Positions 36,575 through 45,335 of a stretch of 64,000 nucleotides of DNA are shown piece by piece (the stretch's first letter is position 1; the number at the start of each line of letters is the position of its first letter). The position numbers and the translations under genes are program-made. Origin of the DNA: Camelus ferus (Eukaryota); NCBI RefSeq assembly GCF_009834535.1, contig NC_045697.1, positions 1,738,001 through 1,802,000 of the forward strand. The letters run 5' to 3'. The notes beneath the pieces are model-generated. The model searched no databases, had not been told where the DNA came from, and saw only the letters and a program-made list of their open reading frames with translations.

Positions 36575-38063
36575 AGGCCTGTCCCACCAAACTGACGCCA
36601 CCAGACTGTCCCCGACCACGTCCCCTGCTGTCTCCTTGTGTAGTGGAATGCAAGCCCCGCCCTCTGTGTAGCTAGTGACCCCCCCACCCCCACGCAGAGC
36701 GGTGCTAACCCCGTGTGCGCAGCGGCCCCCACCCCGGGCCCTCGGCCTCAGGTTCTGGGGGAGACTCTGTCTCCGCGTCCAGCTCCGGGTCCTGCCCCAC
36801 AGGGACCAGCACGTCGGCCCAGCTCAGTCTGCTCCCCGGGGACGCAGGCTCCTCGGGGTGTCACGTCATTTTCTGGCTGGACCGGAGGAGGCCCTGACCT
36901 TGACCTCACTGCCCTCCTGCTGTGCAGTGACCGCTCCCCGTGTCTGCTGCGCCTTCACCCCAAGGTCTCAGGTGACTGGATCAGACCACAGCTTCCTGCT
37001 AGCACGTCTGCTCAGTGAGGCCCACGAAGGCTCGGTCCTGTGAGGCCCTCGCGCGCCCGCCAGCAGCGCAGCCTCTGAGGCGGCCTTTCCCGGGCGGGTT
37101 TGGGGTGAGCGGGCGCCCCCGGCAGCAGGCGGGCCTCTGCACCCAGGGCAACCGATGCGCGGTCTCAGTGGCTCCCGCGCCCCAAACCAGATCCCGCTCC
37201 TTGCTCACTGGGGTCTCCAGAGCCCTGTCGTCCGGGTCCCATCGTTGGGAAGGCGCGTCGGGAGGGAAGAGGCATTTCCGACTCCCTCTCCAGCAGGCGC
37301 GCCCCCTCGCCCTGCGTTCAGCGAGCGTGAACGGGCCTCTGCGCAGGCGCGCTCCTCCCCCCGGGGCCTGCGTCAGGGGCCTCCGGGCGCCGCGCGCCTT
37401 GGGGAGGTCTCAGACCTGGGAGGGGAGCTGCTCTTACCTTCGCTCCGCCTGAAGGGTGCCCTGGTCTTGATGAAGGCAGCTCGAGGCAGGAGTTGGCCCT
37501 GGGGGCCCCACCTGATGTCCCGTGGTCACTGACGGAGCTCCCCCTCCGCCTCCAACACTCCACTCAGATCCCTGGAAAACAGCGTGAAGCTGCCCAGTGG
37601 GAGCCAGTGGGTGGCCCGATGGCCACCTCGACAGTGCCCTGTTCCAGGAGCTGCCGGTGCCAGCCTGTCCCCCAGGTGGGCCCCCTGGAGGGGCAGGGCC
37701 CCTTGGTGGACCTGGTACCAGATGTGGGCTCGGGTCTCATGCCCTCGACACCCTCACAGGACCTGAGGCCGGCTGCATGGCACTGACCTCTGCTTCGAGC
37801 TCACTGGCGAGCAAGCCGCTTTTCGTGTGTATCGTTGCGTTGCCGAGATGGTGGTAAATTCTCCCCTCACCCTGAACTCAGTTAACCACAGGCTCTTCCT
37901 TTTATCTCTGCCTCTGACCCCACATATGCAATGACCTTAGTTTCATTTTTGTAGTTTATTTTAACTCTTTGTATTACAACATGAAGTTCAGTTGTGTACA
38001 TGGACACAGGCTTGGCAGGGCAGGTCCTGTGGCCTTTCTTCACTATACGATGTTTTACTCACA

Positions 38064-38069
38064 AATAAA
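38064..38069 (+). terminator. ADD1: ADD1 polyadenylation signal AATAAA
   Basis: AATAAA about 1.5 kb after the stop codon, with TGTA motifs upstream and a T-rich tract downstream (38108-38150). Confidence 0.75.
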
Positions 38070-38653
38070 TTTCTTTAAGCAGTCTCCTTGTCTAAACTTG
38101 GGGAGCAGTTTTGCGTTTTAATTTCTTTAATTTCCTTTTTTGTTCCTTTAAAGTAGGACTTCCAGAAGTTTGTCTCACATTCCAAAAAAAAAAAAAAATC
38201 TCCTAGTGTTTATTTCTTGGTCAAGTGCAATCTGTTGCTTCTGCAGAGGGCCCCTGACCCAGAGCCACAGCCCCAGCAAGTGCCTGCTGTCCCCAGGAAG
38301 TACAGGCAGGGCCTGGGGGCGGTCCTGGGTCCACAGTCTGAGCAGACGCTGGCAGGGCAGTGAAGCCAGGATCTGTGGTGGGACAGCCTGGCAAAGGGGG
38401 ACCCTCCTCCCCAGTCTGGCAGGGTGCGGGGCACACCCCCAGTACCACCTTACGAGTGCTGACCCCACCAGTAGGGGCTCCTTCACCTGACTCTCACCCC
38501 AGCCCAGTGGAGGGGAGACAGGCTGTGATCAGTGAAGCTATAAAAGCTGTTCAGCTCAAGCTGCTTCTGGTGCCTGGGGGTCTCCCAGGGCAGTGGGTGT
38601 GGTAGGCACGAGGCCTATGCACGGGAGAAAGGCACTTGGTACAAAATAGCTGC

Positions 38654-38659
38654 TTTATT
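38654..38659 (-). terminator. MFSD10: MFSD10 polyadenylation signal AATAAA
   Basis: tttatt on the + strand, about 225 nt past the MFSD10 stop codon. Confidence 0.75.
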
Positions 38660-38881
38660 TCGTCGTTCAGAGGCCTGGCTGACACCCTGTGGCACTGAGT
38701 AGAAAAGAGAAGTTGTAGTGTCTGCTCCTCTGGGTAGACAGGCCAGGTCCACGGGGCTCGTGGGCGCCCTGGGGCTGCAGGTCCTGGGCCCGCCTGGGCT
38801 GGGCCCCGGTAGGGACGAGGCAGCGGAGCAGTCCTGGCCCAGACCTCCCACTTCCGGCCTCAGCGTGGGGTCACGGCTCAG

Positions 38882-38998
38882 CTACTCAGCCTTGTGTGTC
38901 TGTGCCGGGGGCCTCAGGGTCCCGCAGGAGGAAGAAGGGAAGCAGGAAGAGCCCCGCGCACACGGTGAAGCAGACCCGGGCCCCAGCCAGCCAGTACA
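38882..38998 (-). CDS. MFSD10: MFSD10 coding exon 12 (+1 frameshift near 38921-38923)
   Basis: acag|VYWLAGARVCFTVCAGLFLLPFFLLR, then in the shifted frame TLRPPAQTHKAE-TAG (human ends PAQTLKAE). Confidence 0.92.
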   Translation of the reverse strand, partial: CTGWLGPGSASPCARGSSCFPSSSCGTLRPPAQTHKAE

Positions 38999-41900
38999 CT
39001 GTGGGGAGACAGGCGATGATGGCCGCTGCGCCCAGCCTGTCCACAAGCGCCCCAGGCCCCGACGTGGCAGGAGCGGACGCAGGAGGCTGAGGGGCGCTGG
39101 AAGGGTCTGCGTGGCCTTCACCGGGGGCCGGCAGCCCCCGTGGCCTGGCCTGACCCCCCCCAGGGTGCACAGTGCTCCCCGAGTGCCGTCCGGTGGCCCT
39201 CACCTGAGGCGGCCACCATGGGCCCCAACGCCCTGGCCAGGGCGCCCAGGCTCCGCAGCGTGCCCATGACTGTGCCCTTCTGCCTGGGTGAGCCTGCAGG
39301 GAGAGCGGGGGAGGCTGTCAGGTGCCCATCGGCCCGTCCCGCCCGGCTGGCCTGGGGCAAGGGAAGGGCCTCTCACCATAGCCGGCGACCACGGAGGACA
39401 GGCAGGGCACCACGACAGCGGCGGCTGGTGGGGGGACATCAAGGAGGCGCCCATCAGCCCAGAGGAGAGGCCGGCAGCCCATGACCGCACCCCCCTGGCC
39501 CCGGCAGGGCCACTCACCGAAGGAGTAGAGCAGCAGCCCCAAGCCTAGCACAGGCAGCGTGTGCCCCCAGCCGATGAGGAGGAAGGCAGGGAGGAGCAGC
39601 AGGATGGCCTGCAGGCGGCACGGCAGATCTCAGAACCAGCCCTGCTGCTTTGGCCAGTGCTCAGGACACCCTGCCCCCACGTCCAGGGGAGCCCCCGTAC
39701 CCGCTTCACAGCTGCAACTTCCCTGCCAGGGCTGATCCGTCGGGCGTAGGTGCTCTGGATGGTGGCCATGGTGAGGCCGATGAAGAAAAACATCTTTCCC
39801 TGCTGTAGGCTGCGAGGGGGGAGCTGTCAGCGCCCCTGTTCTCATGCGCTGAGCCAAGCAGCCTGGGCGACAGCCTGCTGGTCACCCGCCAGCCCCAGGA
39901 TCCTCGCTGGGCCCCAGGGGCTGGGCCAAGGTGGGAGTCAGCCCTGAAGCGATCGGGCTGGGGGCCGCCAGGATGGGGAGCCTGCAGGGTGTCCCCAGGC
40001 GGGTTCCGGGAGGGGCCCCACACCCCCACCTGCTGAACTGGAAGCGCTGGTGCACGAGGAAGCTCAGCGTGTACTCCAGGCCCGAGAACAGGAAGAGGTA
40101 GAGGAAGTAGACCAGGCCCAGGCGGCGCAGGCTGCCCAGCCCTGGGGAGCAGCGGGGAGGGGCTGTCAGGGCCGGGGGGCAGCCTGAGGGGGCCGCAGCC
40201 CCACCCTCTCGAGGGGGCCTGCTCCTTACTGACTCCAGTGGGCGGGTCTGGGCCATGAGCCACAGCAGAGAAGCGGAGCAGGGCCAGGGGGCTGAGCAGG
40301 TCAGCAGCAGCTCGGAACCCCAGGGTGACGGAGGGCGCCTGGAGAGGACAGAACTGAGGGCCCTGGCAGGAGCTGGCCGCGTCCCCGGGCTGGGCAGTGC
40401 AGGGATGGGCCTGACCTGAAACTCCCATCCACCTGCCATGCCCAGGGGGCAGAGGGTCCGGGGAGCCAGGCGCCCCAGGAGGCCCTGTGGTCCCAAGAGC
40501 CTCTGGACATCAGGAAAGGACAGCCTGGCCAGCCTGGCCCATGGGGCTGGCACACACGGCCGGCACCCCTACAGGCCCTGGAGCTGAGCCGAGCCTCTGC
40601 ACCTTCAAGTCATGTCCTTCTGGCTCCCACCTTACCCGCTTCTCCAAGGGCAGAGTCTCCGGCAAGAAGCAGAAGATGAACAGCAGGTCAGAGATCGCGA
40701 AGAGCAGGGCCAACCAAGGTGCCGACTCCAAGGGCAGGGAGGCGCCAAGCATAGGGCCCAGCGTGAAGCCCAGAGAGAAGGCCACCCCGATGACTGCCTG
40801 GGGAGAAGGCTGCCTGAGCCAGGCAGGAAGACACAGGCGCCCCTCCAGCCCTCGGCCCCCAGCGTGTGCACTCACCATGCCCCGGCTACGGGCGGCAGGT
40901 GAGCCCAGGTCGGCGACAATGGCAGTAGAAAGGCTGACGTTCCCCTTGCTGATGCCCCCGATCACCCTGGAGGCCAGGAAGGCTGCAAAGCTCTTCGAGG
41001 CAGCCCACACGGCATACGAGGTGGCCAGACCTGCCTGCCTCAGGGCAGGGGTCGAGGGCAGGTGTGGTCACTTGAGGCCAGGAGGGGCCCACAGTGGGCC
41101 AGCGAGCCCAGGCAGTACTCCTGGGACCCTGCCCTGTTCTGGAGCATGCAAGGACCCCTTGTGTTCCCCATGTCCCCGTGGCAGGAGCAGCTCTGATACA
41201 GCCTGGCTTAGCCACAGGAGCCACCGCCCCCTCAGCCACCACCCCCAGGGGGAAGTGAGGGCCAACAAGGGACCGTGAAGGGCCCACAGCTGCCTCCCCA
41301 GAGCACTGTGGGGCGGGGGTGGGGTGGGGTGGGAGGAGCCCCTACCCGTGGGCACCCATACCAGAGACAGCAGCATCACCGGGCGCCTCCCTAGGCAGTC
41401 AGATACGGCCCCCGAGAGCGGTGCGGAGAGGAACTGCAGGACGGAGAAAACTGAGCCAATCAGACCTGGAAGAGACAGAAGTCAGTCACCACAAGGGTCT
41501 GATCAGGTTGGACTCTGCATTCTCAGGCCATGGACCTCCAGCTGAGGTGGCCCCAACAGTAAGTGGACATCACTTGGAAAGGTGGCAGACAGGCCTGGGA
41601 ATGAGAAGATGAGGGCCAGAGCCTGAGATTGACAGGCGCCCAGGGAAAGGAGGACGGCCAGGGCCAGGAAGACAGGACCCAAGTGGGCCCACCATGTGGG
41701 CTCAGGGCCATACCTCCAAACAGGACGCTGTTGTATCTCTTCTCTGCGGGCATCCCGATGGCTGCAGCAAACCAGTCCACTCCTCGCTGCCATGAGCCAT
41801 AGAGGGGATCCTGGGGGATGAGGAAGTGTGACGGGCTGGGGGGGGGGTGTCCCTGAAAGGCTTGGGGCAATCATGGGGCAGTTATGGCACGGGGGGCAAG

Positions 41901-42108
41901 GAGTGAAGGGGCATGGAGACTGGGGGAGGCTCACGTGGGACCGGCCATGGCTCTCCAGCAGCCCGGGCAGCAGGGGCAGCAGCAGAGTGAAGGCCAGGAG
42001 GTCCAGCAGAAGGCCGAGGAAGACTACGGTGACCACGCGGGTTTCGGATTCCGGCTGCTGGCGGATGGGTGGGCGCGGGGTGCAGCTGCCTCCGGCTCCC
42101 CAGCCCAT
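38882..42108 (-). CDS. MFSD10: Major facilitator superfamily domain-containing protein 10 (TETRAN), complete, 12 coding exons, about 456 aa
   Basis: Exons 42108-41935, 41810-41714, 41465-41362, 41034-40876, 40797-40636, 40338-40230, 40141-40030, 39809-39701, 39608-39518, 39424-39377, 39293-39204 and 38998-38882. Starts MGWGAGGSCTPRPP and contains MFS motif A (GAVSDCLGRRP). The last exon has a +1 frameshift. Confidence 0.97.
39204..39293 (-). CDS. MFSD10: MFSD10 coding exon 11
   Basis: gcag|GSPRQKGTVMGTLRSLGALARALGPMVAAS|gtgagg. Confidence 0.95.
39377..39424 (-). CDS. MFSD10: MFSD10 coding exon 10
   Basis: ccag|AAAVVVPCLSSVVAGY|gtgaga. Confidence 0.94.
39518..39608 (-). CDS. MFSD10: MFSD10 coding exon 9
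   Basis: gcag|AILLLLPAFLLIGWGHTLPVLGLGLLLYSF|gtgagt. Confidence 0.95.
39701..39809 (-). CDS. MFSD10: MFSD10 coding exon 8
   Basis: gcag|LQQGKMFFFIGLTMATIQSTYARRISPGREVAAVKR|gtacgg. Confidence 0.95.
40030..40141 (-). CDS. MFSD10: MFSD10 coding exon 7
   Basis: ccag|RLGSLRRLGLVYFLYLFLFSGLEYTLSFLVHQRFQFS|gtgggg. Confidence 0.95.
40230..40338 (-). CDS. MFSD10: MFSD10 coding exon 6
   Basis: ccag|APSVTLGFRAAADLLSPLALLRFSAVAHGPDPPTGV|gtaagg. Confidence 0.94.
40636..40797 (-). CDS. MFSD10: MFSD10 coding exon 5
   Basis: cag|AVIGVAFSLGFTLGPMLGASLPLESAPWLALLFAISDLLFIFCFLPETLPLEKR|gtaagg. Confidence 0.95.
40876..41034 (-). CDS. MFSD10: MFSD10 coding exon 4
   Basis: gcag|AGLATSYAVWAASKSFAAFLASRVIGGISKGNVSLSTAIVADLGSPAARSRGM|gtgagt. 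Confidence 0.94.
41057..41227. repeat. Inverted repeat arm A (171 bp), MFSD10 intron between coding exons 3 and 4
   Basis: Its reverse complement aligns without gaps to 42306-42476 with 10 mismatches. Confidence 0.95.
41362..41465 (-). CDS. MFSD10: MFSD10 coding exon 3
   Basis: ccag|GLIGSVFSVLQFLSAPLSGAVSDCLGRRPVMLLSL|gtatgg. Confidence 0.95.
41714..41810 (-). CDS. MFSD10: MFSD10 coding exon 2
   Basis: cag|DPLYGSWQRGVDWFAAAIGMPAEKRYNSVLFG|gtatgg. Confidence 0.95.
41935..42108 (-). CDS. MFSD10: MFSD10 coding exon 1
   Basis: MGWGAGGSCTPRPPIRQQPESETRVVTVVFLGLLLDLLAFTLLLPLLPGLLESHGRSH|gtgagc. Confidence 0.95.
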
Positions 42109-42152
42109 GATGGGGATTGCTCCGATCCGGCCTGGCTGAGCGTGTGGCGGGA

Positions 42153-42197
42153 CTGCACGAGGGCACACTGCACGAGGGCACATTGCACGAGGGCACA
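42153..42197. repeat. 15-bp tandem repeat, 3 copies of (c/t)tgcacgagggcaca
   Basis: Units at 42153-42167, 42168-42182 and 42183-42197. Confidence 0.95.
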
Positions 42198-42305
42198 TCT
42201 GGGTGCCCCAGCGCCCACGCCCACCTACCACGGGGGGAAACAGTCTCCCACCTGTCGCCGTCTCCACCCTTCCCCCGACTGGCTTACAGCCAGCGCGCAC
42301 CTAAA

Positions 42306-42476
42306 GCGGTGGCTCCTGTGGCTAAGCCAGGCTGTATCAGAGCTGCTCCTGCCAAGGGGACACGGGGAACACAAGGGGTCTTTGCATGCTCCAGAACAGG
42401 GCAGGGTCCCACTGGTACTGCCTGGGCTCGCTGGCCAACTGTGGGCCCCTCCTGGTCTCAAGTGACCGCATCTGCC
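42306..42476. repeat. Inverted repeat arm B (171 bp), upstream of the MFSD10 ATG exon
   Basis: Reverse complement of 41057-41227; the first 49 bp match perfectly. Confidence 0.95.
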
Positions 42477-42569
42477 GGGGGAGCCGGTTACCCAACACTG
42501 CAGTACTTCTGTGCGCCCTGCCCCCGACTCTGGGCAGCAAATAACGCAGCCTGCGAAGGTTGTGCAAAG

Positions 42570-43440
42570 AAACCGCAGCTCCAGAAGCCAACCGTCCCGG
42601 GACCGGGGCGCAGCATCCCAGCCCCAGGCACCTCCCCGCCGCCGCCCACGTCCCGGTGCGGAACGGCCTGGGAAACTGAGGCCCGCGCGCGGGGCGGGAC
42701 CTGGGCGCGCGCAGGGGGCGGCCCCGCGCTCCGGAGAGCACGACCCCCGCCCACCCTGGACCGCACGCCCCGCCCCGACACACCTCCACACGCTGCGCGC
42801 TCGGAACCAAAAGACAGAAGGACCGACAGACACAGGACGGACCTCTGGGCAGGATGGGCGGGCCGGCTCCGCCGCGCCCGGAAACGGGCGGATCTGCCAC
42901 GCCCAGTTGCGGGCGGGGCTTCAACACCCGGAAACGGGCACGTCCCGACGCTTCCTCTTCCGGCCGCCGGGAGGGGCCCGAGCCGGACTCTGAGGCAGCT
43001 GCGTCCCGGCGAGGAGGGGTCTGAACGGAGGTTCCCGACAGGCCGGAGTCTCGTTTATCCAGACTTTGCGCCCGAGGGGGCGACGAGACCTGCCCGCTGA
43101 GGACCTCGGGCCGAGGGCTGTAGGGTGAGGTCCAGCCTGACCGGACCCTCCACTCCCGCCGAGACGCACCACGGATTCGCGGGCTTGCCCGCACCTGCGT
43201 CTCGGCCGGACAGGCGGGTGAGGAGGAGCAGGTGCTCCCACCGGCCGCACTCGGGCCGGGGCCGGGGGCAGACCCCCGCACAGCTGGAGGAGCTCCGGGC
43301 TGCAGGACACTCGGCCTGCACCACCTCCCGCTTCTCTCCCGTCTCCCGAGACCCACGCCTCCAGCCGAGCCGACCGGAGGCAAACCGGGAAGGGCATCCC
43401 GGGAAGTGGAAGCGCCACGGTCCACCCCTTGTCGACTTGG
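42570..43440. promoter_or_regulatory. CpG island / MFSD10 promoter (probably bidirectional)
   Basis: Very high GC and CpG density, GC boxes (gggcgggg), ETS-type CCGGAA motifs at about 42878, 42928 and 42957(-). Candidate minus-strand donor GAG|gtccgt at about 42842 for a non-coding first exon. Confidence 0.8.
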
Positions 43441-45235
43441 CACTCGTACCCCCCTCTTTAAATTCCCAAATAAACATAATCGCACTCACACTTCTAACAT
43501 GCAATTGTCCCACCTCTGACCCCAAAGAACACCTGTTAGCTCTTTCCCTAAAGAGGACACGTTCCTTCATCCAGGTTTGGGCGCCATTCAACTCTTCCTG
43601 CCGATCACGCCCCCTTTAGACGCTGGAAACTGGCCTACTGGAGAGAAGCCTAAACACTTCTCACCTTAGACGGCAGGGGAGGGGCTGAGGGAAAGAAGAG
43701 CTGGATAACCTACATGCGTTTTCATATCGAAATACTCAGGACAGCTCTCATTTCTACACCTAGCCAGGTGGTCACAGCTGGGTTTCATAACCACCTTCTT
43801 CCAGGGCCCATTCTACACACACCTCCTGCAAGAAGCAGGAGGCTGGGCTGGACGGCCATCTATGTCCATACTGGAATCTCCAAGGGTTATGTCTGGAGAG
43901 GTCAGGGAGAGGCCCAGGGTGGGCACATGCAAGTATGCTCGGCTGACACACGATCCAAAGCTGGGGCTTTGTGAGTTGGTGCTGGCACGCTCCTTTCTCA
44001 CAGAGCTCAGTAGCAAGGCCTGGGCCCGAGAGCCCTGTGGCCTGGCGAATTAATGGAGCAACAGCTGCACGAGAGTTCACCCGTGGACGAGATCTCGAGC
44101 CCGTACGATGCTACCAGCAGGCCAGGGCTACACAGCGAGGAGCTGAAGCGGCCTGTCTGTGGAGCTGACCAGCGCCAGGGCTGCGGAGATTTGTGGGGCA
44201 CACACCTGTCAAGAATCCTGGGGAGGCGGGTAGGATACAAGTACCTGATCCAATGTGGTCCCTTCATTGGTCTGTTTCAAACCCAAGGCAACCTTGGCTG
44301 GAGCCCGGCCTGCCACCAAGGGGCGTTCTGGCCCTGTGTTCGCATTCTGAGCTCCAACACTGCTGGACCCTCCAAACTTGATTCCCCCCACCACCCTGTT
44401 TGGGAGAGCCAGATTCTGGGCCTGGTCACCCTCTTGGTCACCTCCTCCTTGTCCAGTCTGGCTAGCCCTCAAATCTCCCCATGGTCGCGGCCATGGCTTG
44501 TGACATCAGCCATGTGACCCGCAGTCACCTGGGGAATGAGGACCCAGTGTCTCACCCTAGGAGACTGGGACGGGGCATGGGGGCTGAGGGACCCACCCTC
44601 CCCAGCCCCCTACTCAGGGACGTGGCCCTGTGCAAGGCCATGGCCCCAGGGCTGCACGGACAGGTGGGCAGCCAGCCTCCTTTGTCCTTGGGAAGCCTCC
44701 TGGTTAGAGCAGAGGAAAAGTTGGCACTTTGTTAACTTACAAGCTTAACCATAACCTCTGGGCCTTCCAACTGAAAATTACTGTGGCCCAGAACTGCCCC
44801 ATGGGTCACTGTGGATGCCGCCCAGCCCCTCCGCCTTCCACAGCCACCCCCAGGCATCAAATTAAGACGGAACTGGGACAAGGCCAATCATGGTAGCTAG
44901 GGTGCAGGGGTCATGGGCGAGTTCTAAACTGTCTGCAAACTCATTTCATTTGTAAATGAAAATTTATGTAAGTTAACACTTCAAATTCTACACGTGAAGT
45001 TGTCCAGAGTCAACTGTGACTAACGGAGGTTTGTCTGGGCACGAAGAACAAAGGTCTTTACAGTGTATTCGCACACAGCTCTCACAGAGGCTTGGTCCTA
45101 ATTCCCAAAGTGCAGCTCTTCAGGAGAGAGGTCTTTACAGGAACTGAAGCGCAGGGAGAAACTCTCACTGCCCTTACAGCGTCCCTTACCACCTTCACTC
45201 CACAGAACCTCCTTGTCTAACTCATAAAACACGAC

Positions 45236-45335
45236 TTATTTTTTGAACTTCTTCCTTTTCAGAGCCTTCCATTCACCTTCTTGCGTAGCCAGGCTGTTAA
45301 AAAGCTGCTTCACTTTCCGCTTTCTTTCCGCATCC
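45236..45335 (-). CDS. NOP14: NOP14 exon 18 (coding part, TAA stop)
   Basis: caag|DAERKRKVKQLFNSLATQEGEWKALKRKKFKK*. Confidence 0.95.

Noticed and set aside
42153..42197. Tandem repeat as a metal-response element array or CRISPR-like array
   Set aside because: TGCACGA does not fit the TGCRCNC consensus, there are no spacers, and the DNA is eukaryotic.
41068..42465. Near-identical peptides (WLLWLSQAVSELLLPRGHGEHKGSLHAPEQGRVP) in two opposite-strand ORFs
   Set aside because: These come from the DNA inverted repeat and are not evidence of a duplicated protein-coding gene.
42117..43485. Long overlapping ORFs (327 aa on +, 382 aa on -)
   Set aside because: They lie in the CpG island where stop codons are scarce; Pro/Arg/Gly-rich with no homology I recognise.
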